A stretch of 64,000 nt of DNA. Source: Lophium mytilinum (taxonomy: Eukaryota). The position numbers were made by a program, and so were the translations under genes. The notes below the pieces were generated by a model. That model saw only the letters and a list, made by a program, of their open reading frames with translations, was not told where the DNA came from and searched no databases. Shown in pieces: positions 25,591 to 37,899 of the stretch (position 1 is the stretch's first letter; every line of letters begins with the position of its first letter). The DNA lies in NCBI GenBank assembly GCA_010093605.1, contig MU004189.1, forward strand, positions 503,834-567,833, given 5' to 3'.

Positions 25591-26895
25591 ATGTCTCTGC
25601 CTACGACTACATTTCGAACCCTGTCCTCGCCACGCCTCCAACGACGGCTGATCGCGAAACCTACGACATTTCTCCCGTTTCTTTATCAGACGTCAACGAT
25701 CCAACAATGCCGTACCATCCATGAAGCGCCCAATACTCCCAAGTCTACCAGTAGCCCTTTTTCCTGGCTCAATGAAGGACAAGACGCTGGCGAGGGCCTT
25801 CCTCCAACGATCGAGGAGTTCGCTTTCCACCAGCAGCGCCCAAGTACCATTACGGAGACCGAACGGAAAGCTTTTTTGAAGCTGTATAATAACCTGGGAC
25901 AAAATGTACCGAGCAATACAAACCCGACCCACGATGACGCAGCTACGAGCACAGAAGAATCTGAAAACTCTGAAAAGCCTTTGGAAACTATCTTCCAAAA
26001 TGTTATTCAGAACATGTCAGCCAAGGATAAAATAATCCTCGCTCGAGCACAGCGTGCCAAATCCTTGAGTTTATCAAAAGTTGTGAGATCGACGGCACCG
26101 GGCTTCTATGAACGGATAATTGATCTTAACCAAGATGACGCGAAACGACTCGAAGAGCTCCAGAAGAGTCGGGAAGAGCAGTACACGAGAATCACCGAGA
26201 TGATGTCAGCCACGAAGACCGATACGGAGCTTTGGGATATCTTGGATAGGGAAGTGTTCACTTTGATCCGGAATCTTGGGTTGGATGGGATATCCGCAAA
26301 AAAAAGCAAGAGCAAGAGGAAGCCCAGGACGAAGGGGGAGAAAACTGCAGAAACGAGCTCTGCCTCCACTCCCTTAACAGACCCAGAGTCAAAGGATGTA
26401 CGACCAGATCCTTCTAGTCTTTCCATCATTGGTCCTAACTTTTCCTCTCTCCTCGTCACTGCCGCCCGTCAGCTGTGCCTGGAATTCCCAAACTCCTCCC
26501 TCCCTCTCAATCTCATCCCGACCATCAAATCCCTCGGTCGTGGTGCATATGTACTCGGCGCTAGTACGCTCCTCTACAACGAGCTCATTAGGATGGCTTG
26601 GATAAAACACGCTGACTTGCAGTATGTGGAGGAGCTGATTCAGGATATGGACAACGGGGGTGTAGATTTCGACGAAAACACGCTCGGGATGCTCGACGAG
26701 ATGGATTTAGAGGGCCAGCAGGCGCGACATCAGAAGTATGGACAACTCGTCGCGGCTGTCTGGAGCTTGGACCGCTTCGTAGGCGGATGGGCGAAGCTTG
26801 AGAGGTGGAGGGTCATAATTAAGGAACGATTGCGGTCGGATGCGCTCAGGAATGCGAACTCAGGGAGGCTTGCTCGTTCCATGCCAACATATTAG
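25591..26895 (+). CDS. Mitochondrial Mtf2-like protein
   Basis: ATG 25591 gives a presequence-like N-terminus. C-terminal TDTELWDILDREVF...SLGRGAYVLGASTLLYNELI...DMDNGGVDFD resembles the Mtf2 family. Confidence 0.72.
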   Translation: MSLPTTTFRTLSSPRLQRRLIAKPTTFLPFLYQTSTIQQCRTIHEAPNTPKSTSSPFSWLNEGQDAGEGLPPTIEEFAFHQQRPSTITETERKAFLKLYNNLGQNVPSNTNPTHDDAATSTEESENSEKPLETIFQNVIQNMSAKDKIILARAQRAKSLSLSKVVRSTAPGFYERIIDLNQDDAKRLEELQKSREEQYTRITEMMSATKTDTELWDILDREVFTLIRNLGLDGISAKKSKSKRKPRTKGEKTAETSSASTPLTDPESKDVRPDPSSLSIIGPNFSSLLVTAARQLCLEFPNSSLPLNLIPTIKSLGRGAYVLGASTLLYNELIRMAWIKHADLQYVEELIQDMDNGGVDFDENTLGMLDEMDLEGQQARHQKYGQLVAAVWSLDRFVGGWAKLERWRVIIKERLRSDALRNANSGRLARSMPTY

Positions 26896-27649
26896 TCTGC
26901 TCGGACTTGGTTGAATCTCAGAGCGTCGTGATGTAGTTTTAAAGTTGTGTAAGTATGTAAATCATGTTTTCCTGAACAATATTTAGAGCCTCTGGAGCCC
27001 GGACTGTAGGTGAACTTGACCGCCAGGACTTCTGCCTAGATATCCCCTGTTTCTGCTCAATATCTCTGTAACAGTGGCTGGGTCTTCTTTATCCTCCTCA
27101 TCGCTTTTTAAGTGCTTTCTTCGAGGTAAAGGCTGATGTTATGCCCACTTTCCAAAGCTCAATTGGATCTGGCGCATACTTGCTCTCTCCTTCTCCACAG
27201 AACATTTCCCGCACTTCCGCTACCTATGATCTCAAGTCCGCATCGGCCTACTCGACGCACCCCCTCTATCTCATTGACATCTTCGGCCGCATCAGTTGTG
27301 TGAAGGGAGGAGGAGCAGTAGAAGGCCGAGGTCGGTATCTTTATTCTCCCGAAAGTAAGACTGAGCGGGGTGTTGGTGTTGTTCCAAACCCTGGCGGCCC
27401 ACCGAGCGCCCCTTTCTAGCCTCAACCCCCCCGACAGCACCCCTTTTCCCCGAGTCCCTCAGGTAATTGCTTGTCAACCCGTCACCATGGAGGCCCCTTG
27501 GTGTTGTGAATCACCTCCTGTTTTCGGCTTCATGTTGCGTATCCTGGTCGTTGAGTCGTGCGCGAAAGAGTGGTTCTGAACTCGAAAACCCGGACAGCGG
27601 CTCAACACCAACACCGGGCCTTAGTCAGCTCGCCCGCCCGGCGGCCAAC

Positions 27650-28930
27650 TCACGACGTTTCCAGCTTCGAGCACCTTTTCGCGGATAGCTCAACAACCAC
27701 ACCTCCTATCCAGAATCCGACACCGGGACGTGATTCGCACGGCCGAGTAGTATTTTTAAGGATCTTGTGCACAAGGTGAGTTGTCCATTTCATCATGTTA
27801 GAGGGGGGTATACAGGACTCTACACTTTTCTCGTCCTTCCGGCTTGCCAAGAGTTGCCAGAAGAGGAGATTCGCAACTTCATTCTGCCGTCGCCGAGAGC
27901 AAACATTTCCACGGATCTCGAGCCCGCCGCACCTTTTTGGTAGATAGCTCCACAACCACACCTCCTATCTCGAATCCGACACCGGGACGTGACTCGCACG
28001 GTCGAGTAGTATTTTTAAGGATCTTGTGCAGAAGGTAATTTATCCATTTCACTAAGTTAGAGGGGGTTATACAGGACTCCACACCTTTCTCGCCCTTCTG
28101 GCGTGCCAAGAGTTGCCAGAAGAGGAGATTCGCAACTTCGTTCTGCCGTCGCCGAGAGCAGACAATTTCCACGGTTTCGAGCCCGCCGCACCCTTTCAGC
28201 AGATAGCTCCACAACCACACCCCGGATCACAGATTTAACACCAGGAGGTGATTCGCACGGCTTGCTAGTTATTTTGAGAGGCTTTTAAGGGGTCCGTTAC
28301 CTCAACTCATTGACATGGAGGGGGGTGTACAGGACTCCACGCTTTTTGAGCTCTTCGCAGCTGCCAAGAGCTGCCTAAAGAGGTACCTAGGTCGCGATTT
28401 CGTTCTGCCGCTGCCGACAGATAGATTTTCGCGGTTTCAAGCCTCCTACACCCTTTTTTAACGTGTACCTCCTCAACCACGCCTCGCACCATAGACCTAA
28501 CAACATGGTGGCATTTACCTAGCCAAAAAGTATTTTTAAGGGTGTTTCAGAGAAGCGATTGCTCCATTTCGTTGCGTTAGAGGAGGTCCTACAGCGCTCC
28601 ACACCTCTCAAGCCCTCTCCAGCCGCCAAGAGTACCCAAAAACGAAGAAGAACCAGCGGCGGTAATACTAAAGCGCGCGCAAAGAGAATTAGCTCGGAGT
28701 TTTTTCGAGCCTTCGCACGCTTTTCTACGAATAAAGCCGAACAGCAAACGTCTCGCATCACGAATCTTGACACCAGGACGTGTTTTCACCTAGCTGAGAA
28801 GTATATTCGTGGAAGCTGCAATATCCGTGAAAATCGCCAGCTCGTTATGTTAGAGGGGGGGGTGGCGCGATGTTCCACACGTTTCTTGTTCCTCCCAGCT
28901 GCCAGGAGTTCTCACGGAAGGACTTCTATT
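27650..28930. repeat. Degenerate tandem array, ~5 units of 259-271 bp
   Basis: caccgggacgtga(t/c)tcgcacgg at 27721 and 27980, with variants at 28239, ~28501 and 28771. TATTTTTAAG-like anchor at 27751, 28010, 28270, 28531 and 28802. Near-duplicate short ORFs in the track reflect the repeat. Confidence 0.92.
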
Positions 28931-29763
28931 ACTTAGGAGGACACTCTTCGCCCGTATGCGTCTTCTGGACTCTGGAAGCAATTAGTTATATCGGCACCTC
29001 CAGGGGGGGGGTTGCATACGTATAAACATGTGTGTAGTACTTGGGCGCTTTTCCTCTATGTCCCAAGGAAAGGGTGCACGCTTTTACTAAGGCTAGTGTT
29101 TGTTATCTGCACATCTCCTTACAAAAACCATTCACGCTTCCGCGCTCTCATGTACAGAGAGGGGTATCGCGTTCCGCTCCATTTCCCTCTTAAAGGGACA
29201 CATATTTACACGTATATATAGCGATTAAAAAGACCATTCCTATCTAGATCTCGTTGGTTCTACTTGCGTTGAGTTCTTGTGGTCACACGCACATTCGTCA
29301 CGCTCAACAGCACACACACACTCTTAATACAAATTTTTCATATTCGAATACAACCACTCTCGTCCCGCTTTCGCTGCGCTCCGGCACGCCCCTCGCCACT
29401 GGCGAAAAGCGCACATGCAAGTTGCCCCATTCAAATTAACAAAGATCTTCTATGGTTATAAAAAAATGTGCTCAAAAATCCCAAACAAAAGGAGCCGTCC
29501 GTGTCATGGGGGTTAGGTGAGTGATCTGGAATATTTCCAACCGACTGAAGCCCAAAACCAATCCGGATATCGCTAACCAAAACAACAAATCCACACAAAA
29601 AGAAAGGGTTGGTCGTAACCCTGTAAGCATGTACAAAGTAAAGTTTTCTGTTGGTATTTCTCCTCTTCTCAACTCTTCTCTGTCTCGAACTTTTATACAT
29701 TCGCTACGACGAGAGGGTACAGCGCTGGCGGTACATATTAAAAGAAAAGAGAGGCGAGGTTGC

Positions 29764-32088
29764 TTAGTACGGCCGTCCGCCATACGCCCCCGGCGCGCCT
29801 AGGTCGATATCCGGTAGCCGCGGAGCGCGGCCGCCAGGCGGCGAGACGCTACGTCCGTGGCTCTCGCTCCGGGTGTGGCTGATGCTGCGGCCGTGGCTCG
29901 TGCTGCGGCCGCCGAAGCTCGCCGAGTCTGTCAGCAGCGGATTCTGGTCTTCTGTCTGGCCGAACGCGCGGCGGCCGCTGTAGCCAGTGTGTTGCTCGTT
30001 CAGAGGCACCTGTTCGTAGGGGCCGAGCGGATTGGCGCCGACCATGGGGCCGCGGGTGTCGGTGCTCTTGTAGCCGGTGGGCTCCATGAGGAGGGAGTTG
30101 CGAGCGTCGAGTGGGGTGAGGGTGTCGAGGTCGCGGTTGAGTTTTTCTAGGCGGTTGTTAGAGGATGTGGATTTTGGGAGATTGAGAGGGATGGACTTAC
30201 CGGCTTCCTTCCTCTTCCTGCGGTGAGGGTTGTCGCGGCAGCAGGTGATGATGGCGTTGACGGCGATCAAGATAGCGAGGAGTGCGGTCAGGACGGATTG
30301 CATGACCACGAGGACGAGACCAGTGATTGTCTTAGTTGTCTGCGCCACGCCGAGCTCCTCGACGAAGACTAAGATGCAGACTACAGAGAGCACGCGAACG
30401 ACTTGGATAGTAATGTTGATCCAGTTGCCAGACTTCAAAGAGTAGGGGCGGGACCAGAGGAGGACGATGAAGAGCAGAGACTCGATGATCAGCTGGCCTG
30501 CTGTCTGGACGAGTCCGTGGCCATCAGCACCGGCGATGACACAGCCCTTAGCGAACATGTAGATGATGGCTGGTACGAAGATCCACCAGTAGCTCTTCTT
30601 GTAGTTTTCATAGAACAGGCTGTATTTCCTCCAGATGTCCTTGTCGTCGTAAAGCGCGGCGGCGTCTCCCTCAATCTTGCTGAACTTCCGGGCAGTATAC
30701 CAAATCTTCCAAGTGAAGAATCCGAGAATGGCAGTGAAAATTGCTAGGGTAACACCTGCGAGAAGTTTGGCGGCCCAGGAATCGCCATTCGTAAACTGGT
30801 ATACACAGTAAAGCACCCAGACACCGTAGAGAAGGAGGATCAAATTGGTGATGGTTTTTGCGAGGAGCCACCAATAACGCTTCCGGAAGCTCGTAAGGCT
30901 CTTGGGAAATGTTCCGAACAGTGCCCATGTTTCGAGGATGACCTTGAAAAGGAGGATACCGACGGTAATGGCTGCAATGACAATGGCAAAGATTAGAAGA
31001 ACGGTCATGAAGGTGTTAGCTTGAGGAATGGTGAGTTCCTCAACGTAGGCCTGAATTCCGGAAACAGTATGCATGAGCTTGTTGTCTGATGTGCTGTTGC
31101 CGTCTGTGCCATTGACCTGGGTGTTGAGAGAGTCGCGGGCAAAGAGAACGAAACTCTCCAGTCCACGCTTGGTAAGATTCTTGTCGGAAGAAGGGCTAAC
31201 AAGAGTCACATTCTTCAGGTAAGCGACACTGTCTTCGGTCAGGTTACCGCCAGTCGATTTGCGAAAGTTGTCGATGGACGTCTGCATTCCCTCCCAGTAT
31301 ATCAAGCCACCGCTAAAGGCAAAGTTCTTGGTGAAACTCTTGTAGAGGCTGGGATATTGGACAGTCATCATGCCGTTCAGGGCCATGGACTGGAACCATC
31401 CAATGACTTCGCCAAAGGTTGGGCTTGATGTGGCCGCACCGGAATGTCCAGCTCCAAGGGCGGAAACGCCAGACAGGACGAGTGCAGCACCAGCGATACC
31501 GGCAGCAACGTATGATACCGCTGGAACGTTGAAGGATTTTCCGTTGCTCACGGTCGATTGTATACAAGCCAGTGACTTTCCGTCTTCCAGTGATTTCAGT
31601 TGCAGGGTTGCTTGGCCATCCAGGTCGGGAACACTGAAGGCGATAGATGGGATCTGGGAGATGAAGTTATCGGGTATTGTCTGGGACCCTTTTGCGGCGA
31701 AGTCGCCCTCAGGCACTGATCGCGTGTTAGCTGATTGCCACATACATTTACACAGGTGCAAGTGCTTACCTGGACACAATTGCTGAACATAGTTGTCCTT
31801 GTCGCAAGGGTTGAAGTCCTTCTGGTAGACTTGTTTGCCGTATGCCGTCACCACCATGGTTGCTGTGACGTTCTGCACCTTTGCACTGTATGCAGAAATG
31901 TCGAAGTCGATCTTCTTCGTCGCCCGATTGAACTCCATGTCCAGTCTTTTCACTTGGATCTCGGCATCCGACTGGCAGGTGCTGAAGCCATTCGTCTTGA
32001 GGATATCGCCGGCCAGCGCTCCTATGGGGAGGCTGGCGAGTACTAGGAAAGGCGCAAGCATGTTGGAATATGTACTATGAACTCTCAT
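29764..32088 (-). CDS. FLC/Pkd2/Spray-like TRP-family membrane protein (ML-like N-terminal domain)
   Basis: Signal peptide then DILKTNGFSTC; VYQKDFNPC; WFQSMALNGM; many TM helices. 54-nt introns 31769-31716 and 30200-30147. The start could be 32088 or the next in-frame ATG. Confidence 0.87.
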   Translation of the reverse strand: MRVHSTYSNMLAPFLVLASLPIGALAGDILKTNGFSTCQSDAEIQVKRLDMEFNRATKKIDFDISAYSAKVQNVTATMVVTAYGKQVYQKDFNPCDKDNYVQQLCPGKHLHLCKCMWQSANTRSVPEGDFAAKGSQTIPDNFISQIPSIAFSVPDLDGQATLQLKSLEDGKSLACIQSTVSNGKSFNVPAVSYVAAGIAGAALVLSGVSALGAGHSGAATSSPTFGEVIGWFQSMALNGMMTVQYPSLYKSFTKNFAFSGGLIYWEGMQTSIDNFRKSTGGNLTEDSVAYLKNVTLVSPSSDKNLTKRGLESFVLFARDSLNTQVNGTDGNSTSDNKLMHTVSGIQAYVEELTIPQANTFMTVLLIFAIVIAAITVGILLFKVILETWALFGTFPKSLTSFRKRYWWLLAKTITNLILLLYGVWVLYCVYQFTNGDSWAAKLLAGVTLAIFTAILGFFTWKIWYTARKFSKIEGDAAALYDDKDIWRKYSLFYENYKKSYWWIFVPAIIYMFAKGCVIAGADGHGLVQTAGQLIIESLLFIVLLWSRPYSLKSGNWINITIQVVRVLSVVCILVFVEELGVAQTTKTITGLVLVVMQSVLTALLAILIAVNAIITCCRDNPHRRKRKEAGKSIPLNLPKSTSSNNRLEKLNRDLDTLTPLDARNSLLMEPTGYKSTDTRGPMVGANPLGPYEQVPLNEQHTGYSGRRAFGQTEDQNPLLTDSASFGGRSTSHGRSISHTRSESHGRSVSPPGGRAPRLPDIDLGAPGAYGGRPY

Positions 32089-34437
32089 GGTGAGATATGA
32101 GTCGCCTAGAGAGGCGAAAGAGTCGTTAAGGGTGCTCCCAGACCGGCGCTGGAACGGCCAAACGCGCTGAATGTGGGCGGCAAATGCAGATCGTGAGGGG
32201 GCCCGTCTGACAGAGTGGGTAGGAAAAGGTCGTAAGTTGAGCACAAAGCAAAGAAGTATTAAAGTAAGACGGTCCGGGCAGGATCAACCTTCCTCGTGCC
32301 GTAGATGAAGAGGTGTAGCAGGGAAGCAAGGATTCTCAAAGCGAGGGAAGAATGGGGGAAAGAGGTGCTGGGACGAACGAGAGGGTGAAACGAGAGAAGG
32401 CGACAAGACGTCAGGTGTTTGGAGAAAGAGTGGTGGTGGGTGTAGTGCGGTTGGAGGTTTTGATGGAGGCTTGCGAAGGGGCAGCCAGCGGTTTCAAGGG
32501 CACGCCACGGGCAGGGCCTTGGACAGGGCCTGGGCGAAGACAGGCGACGCAAGGACGGCGGCGGCGGCGACGGATTTGCTGGGGCCCTAAGGTGGCATAT
32601 GCGGGAACGTTACGCCAGAAACAGCAGTGAGTCGTAATCCGCTGCGGCAGACGAGCGCGGAAAAGCGGGTTCAGATATCGACGGGCACAGGGGAAGAGAG
32701 AGAGCAAAATGCAGTTCTGGAGGAGTCCAGCAAATCCCTTCCTCTTGTATGCATCGACGCTGGAGAGCCCTCGGCGAGCACTCCGCCCCGGCCACCACCG
32801 CTACTGCATACAAAGACATCGGCCTCCTCAGCTGGCGCCCGCGCTGGCAGCTGGACGATACGACCTTCACAGCCTGCGCAGGATGGGCCAAGCAGAGCCT
32901 TTGACGGCCAAGCACGCTGCTGCACGCCCGAGAGGGAGCTGTCAAAGAAACCATGCCCGTTCCATGCACATGCACGCGCGAAGCTGAGCAGCTGGCCGGC
33001 CTCTGCCCGACTTGCTACTGCTATTTTGAACGGTAAGCACATGGGCGCATCGTGAAGGCGGATCTGGCCTCTCTGCTCGTGTATGTAGGTTGATATGTTA
33101 CCCTGAAGCCCGGCGTGCCGCTGACACAGCGTGCGGCGGTTGCATGGCAGGTGGTACCTCCAGCTTGGGCCGCTGTGGTCCAGTGGCTCGTCTTCGGCGT
33201 GGCTGTGTATGTCTATTTATGGCCGCCAGTACCCACAGAATCTTTGCCGGTTCCTGGGGATCTTCCAATAGTGGGAAAACTGCGTCGCTGGAGGCCCTAT
33301 CGATCCTGACCAGTCCGCTCTGGGATAGCACATCTGGATGGGGATGTTAGGAGGTGACGTCTGCATTCCTTTTCGTTCAACAGAGAATCATCGAGGACCT
33401 CGAGACAGATCAGATGGACCCAGACTGTCTCGAAAGCCACTTGAGGAATGGACTGGAATAAACAAACAATGAGTAGACGAACCTGACCACCCAAGACATG
33501 ACAAGCATTTCTGGTGCGGGCCTCTAATGCTAAGACATCAACACCAAGACCGCAAGACAATTAGCCGGCGACACTCAAACGCCGTAACTGGCTGCCTTTG
33601 TTGACTACTTACGGCCTCAGATCTAGACAGAGGTCCGACACAACGTGATCAGCTCGGTCGGTTCCCCAGGATTAGAAGGAACCCACTTCTATATCGGCAA
33701 TCATCAACCTTAACCCAAAATTAAGGGGAGTGGGTGGACGAAGCTTGAAGTGGAAGGAGCGGCGGTGCTTGATGGCGCTTACCTAAGGTCAATCCAGCTT
33801 GTCAGATCCACCCAAGATACCATCTGTATGGTAGAGTACTGCTTGAGGTGCCTTCAAGGGAACTCGAGGGTCCAGATTAGATGTAGGTTCCATCCCGGCA
33901 ATATTCAGCCCAGCTTACAGGCTTTTGACGGGCCAGTTGCCCAGTTGAGCCACTACAGAAGGTATGGTTATGAGAGACAAGGAGAATCTATTTTCTAAAC
34001 CTCAAAATCAAGGGCACCGTGCTCGCATCGTGATAACGTGATGAATATATTTAGAGGTTATTTAGTGAGCAATCGACGACTGCATCATATCTGCTCTTGA
34101 TCAGACGCTCGTAAGTATTTCGTTTGATCTCGCCGAAAGTCACTAGACCACTTCATCGCCAAATGATATGGCTTCCAAACTTTCGAAAGGCTTTCCTATT
34201 TTCGCTTGTAGCAAGGGCTACTTTGAGGCACCTGCCTCGGCATGTCTATCTTGATGCTCTTGCTCAGTGCCAGTCTTCGTTACGGCACACCTTCCCTTTC
34301 CTTTCTCCTGTCATGTTGCTTCCTCTGCCGGTTCGCTTTGACCCCTCAGTGGCATTCCCATCGCTTCTCCCATCCGTCATCCATCACATCACCTCAGCAT
34401 TGTTATCATCAATTCTGATCCTCGACTCAAGACTGCT

Positions 34438-37048
34438 ATGGGTGCTATGGGACGTTTCGCACGTAGAAAGAGGAAGACCATGGCCAGAATCCGGGCCCTT
34501 CTTCGAGCGAGAGCCTCCGCCAACGCTCCGCCCCAAGGAGGATTGGATGGAGAGTCAGAGCCGCCTGCCACAGCGCCTCAACTTCCGCGACCTAGCCCGC
34601 GTCCCAAGCTGCCGGGCAAACTACATGCTAGCAAGTCAACACCTGGTTTGTCAAGACAGATCAGCCACAAGCTGTCGGCTTTCTTTCAGAGCCCTACTGT
34701 CGTGTACCGTCCGACATCACGTCTACAACCATCAACAGTGGCTTCAGTTGTGGAAGAGGTTCACACCCAATCAAACTCTTCTAGTCTTCTTTTGAGCATT
34801 CAGCCACCCGACCCACCATTGAGCACCCCCGTCGATCAGAACGATCCTTCCCCATCATCCTATCAGTCAAGCGTCAACAGCAGCAATCTCCTGAAAAGCG
34901 TCCAGTCAACAGCACCAACCTCACTATTCTCTTCGGGTGCTCTTAGGTCTGCCGAAACGATATACATCAAAAGCCGCAACCAAGATGGAGACGGAAACGG
35001 GCCTCCAGGGATCCCCGAATACGTCATTGACCAAGTGATACCCCAATCCCGTTGGTGTGCCTTTCCTAGGCAAGACGCACCTCGTGTCGTTCAACCCTCT
35101 ATCCGTACAGTCGAGAACGCTGCTGCCGCCAAAATCTTCCTCGAAAATCACTTTAATGGGCTGTTTAACCAGAGGATAAACCCACGTTCCCTCAGGCGCC
35201 GAAATCTCGAACGAACGCTCTTCAATTTGACTGTTCCAAACGAGGAGAGGAACCAAAAGCGACAAGAATGGTACCGCGGCGAAAGTGAGCACCTTCGCCA
35301 GACACGAGTGCTGAAGTCTAGGACTATGGCGAGAAAGAATATGAAGGGATTACACATCACAGGTTACGAGATCGTCCGGATATTGGGCAAAGGTAGCTTT
35401 GGTGTTGTGAGGCTAGTCCGCGAAAGAGGAGACAGTACCAGCGACCACCAACGTATTGAGACGCTGGACGGTCAAATGGCCCGAGCTATGCCCAATGATA
35501 CGTTGGTCAAAGATTTTACGCGAACCTGCAAACAGGTGTACGCCATGAAAGTCATCAGGAAGTCTGATATGCTTCGAAACAGTCAGGAAGGGCACCTACG
35601 CGCTGAACGAGATTTCCTCGTAGCCTCGGAGAACTCGCGCTGGGTTGTGCCGCTCATTGCCAGCTTCCAGGATAACAATAACCTCTACCTCGTTATGGAG
35701 TACATGGTCGGCGGGGACTTTTTGGGTCTTTTACTTAGAGAAGACGTTTTGGACGAGGGTATTGCACAGTGGTATATTGCCGAGATGATATGTTGCGTAG
35801 AGGAGGCACACCGCATGAATTGGATCCATCGCGATGTCAAGCCTGACAACTTTCTCATAACGGCATCTGGTCACCTAAAAATATCTGATTTCGGACTGGC
35901 GTTCGACGGACATTGGGCGCACAATCAAAGCTACTACAACGAACAACGATACTCTCTCATGCGAGATCTCAATATCAATGTTAGAGGTGATTCTCAGGAT
36001 TGCGAAGAGGAGATGGAAAAGAACAACGCACAGCGGGTGGCAGACATCATCAACGGCAACCCTCTAGACTGCAAAAGATCCACTGGGAAGCCGCAATCAG
36101 AGATCAACGGACCTGTTTTGGATTGGTTGAATCGGACGCAGAGGCGTAGCTTTGCAAAGAGTGTTGTCGGCACTAGCCAGTACATGGCACCTGAAGTCAT
36201 CCGAGGAGAGACGTATGACGGGCGGTGCGATTGGTGGAGCATTGGCATCATTCTCTACGAGGTACGTGTCGACAACGCTTTACATGCTACGATTCTAACA
36301 AGATCCTTCAGTGTCTATACGGCTGCACCCCCTTCTTCTCCGAAAACAGAACCGCAACAAAAGAACGAATTCTCGTAAGCTTCGCACTATTCATCTGAAT
36401 CAACCACTCTAACCCCTTCCCCAGCGCCACAAACAAGTCCTCAAATTCCCCTCCGACTTCCGCTACGCGCGCCCCTCCACCGACCGCGTCCCCCTACGCC
36501 CCGTCTCCCGCTCCGGCATCGATCTCATCTCGCGCCTCCTCGACGAAAAAGAGGTCCGCCTCTCCGCACGCCGCTACCGCGACAACGACTTCGCCATCGC
36601 CCGCCGCACCCTCTCCTCCCGCTACCTACGCAACTCGCACCTCCACTCGCCCGGTCACTTCGTCTTCGCCAACGACGCCGAAGACATCAAGGTCCACCCC
36701 TTCTTCCGCGGCATCGACTGGCAGAATATGCACCGCGCGCAGCCGCCGTTCGTGCCGCGGGTTAAGGCAGATCAACCGATCACGAAGTATTTTGACGACG
36801 AGGCGGACATTATGAGCGAGAGTGATCATTTGGATTCAAGTAGTTATGCGAGTGGGGCGGTGGAGAAGGAGGAGGGAGATGGGAAGATGGGGGGCAAGGG
36901 GAGGCGCAGGCGGAAGGAGAAAAAGAGGCCAAGGGATAAGATACTTAGGGATCCGGAGGTCGGGAGGGCGGTGTTGGAGATTAGGAAGAAGGGCGCGTTT
37001 GTGGGGTATACGTATCGGAGGCCGAGGTTTGCAATGCCGGAGTGTTGA
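34438..37048 (+). CDS. AGC-group NDR/Cbk1-related Ser/Thr kinase
   Basis: GKGSFG, YAMK, HRDVKPDN, DFG, long activation-segment insert, VGTSQYMAPE and C-terminal AFVGYTYRR. Introns 36262-36311 and 36375-36424. Confidence 0.9.
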
Positions 37049-37899
37049 GATGATGGTTCCTGTGGGAGAGAAGGTGATGGATGAGAGGAGAGGGCTGTCG
37101 GTGATGCTCTTGCTGTCTTTCTTTTGTGTGGAGTGTTATTCTTAGTTTCCAGGCTTGCTTTGGGTCTGTAGTCAAAATCCCTTTGATGTTCGAGCTACTT
37201 GAATGTGGTGCTACGTGGGTTGTCTTTTGACTTACACTCGCTGCTGCTCGGGGCACCTCGACATGGCATGTGTACCCGGACCTGATGTTAAGCTCCTAAG
37301 CCTAAGGTTCAGACGAGTTGGTGAGGTTCTTGATACGAGGCGGATCCCAGGCCCATCTATGCGACTCGCCTCCATTACACCTCGATCCTGACTCCGAGTC
37401 CCATCCCTTGAAAAACTCTCATATTGTACGAAGTCATCCTCAGCCTCATGATCCATCCCCTACAGACGTCTACTACTCATTAAAACTCGCACTCCTGTCA
37501 GCACGCCTTAGCAAATCACCACCTAGATCAGCGTCCAGAGCAAACGAGAGCCACTTATGTTGATCACACCCAGGGCCTCTTAGAGCAGAGGAGAGGTGGG
37601 AGTAGCGCATTCGATAAGTATACCTGACCACTAATCTCATAACGGGAAGTAGACCTTTGGCGAATCGTTCAAGACTCTCTCCTCAAATCAATAGTCCTAA
37701 CCTTCACGTCTCATGTAGAGTTGGAAAAGCGTATGGGGATGGATACCTGTGACAGTGACTGAGGAGTCCGCACAGGTTATCGTAATCGCGTTGTGGAACA
37801 ACAAAGTCGAAGAGTGGAGGGACTCATCTTCACTGAGATGAGAAGAGCTTCGTCTCCACCACGATTAGAAGAAGCTCGTTTATCTCTGATGCGATGAGA

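Noticed and set aside
27558..28936. Duplicated short ORFs in the 260-bp array
   Set aside because: They are by-products of the repeat; a period of 259-260 bp shifts frame and stops recur.
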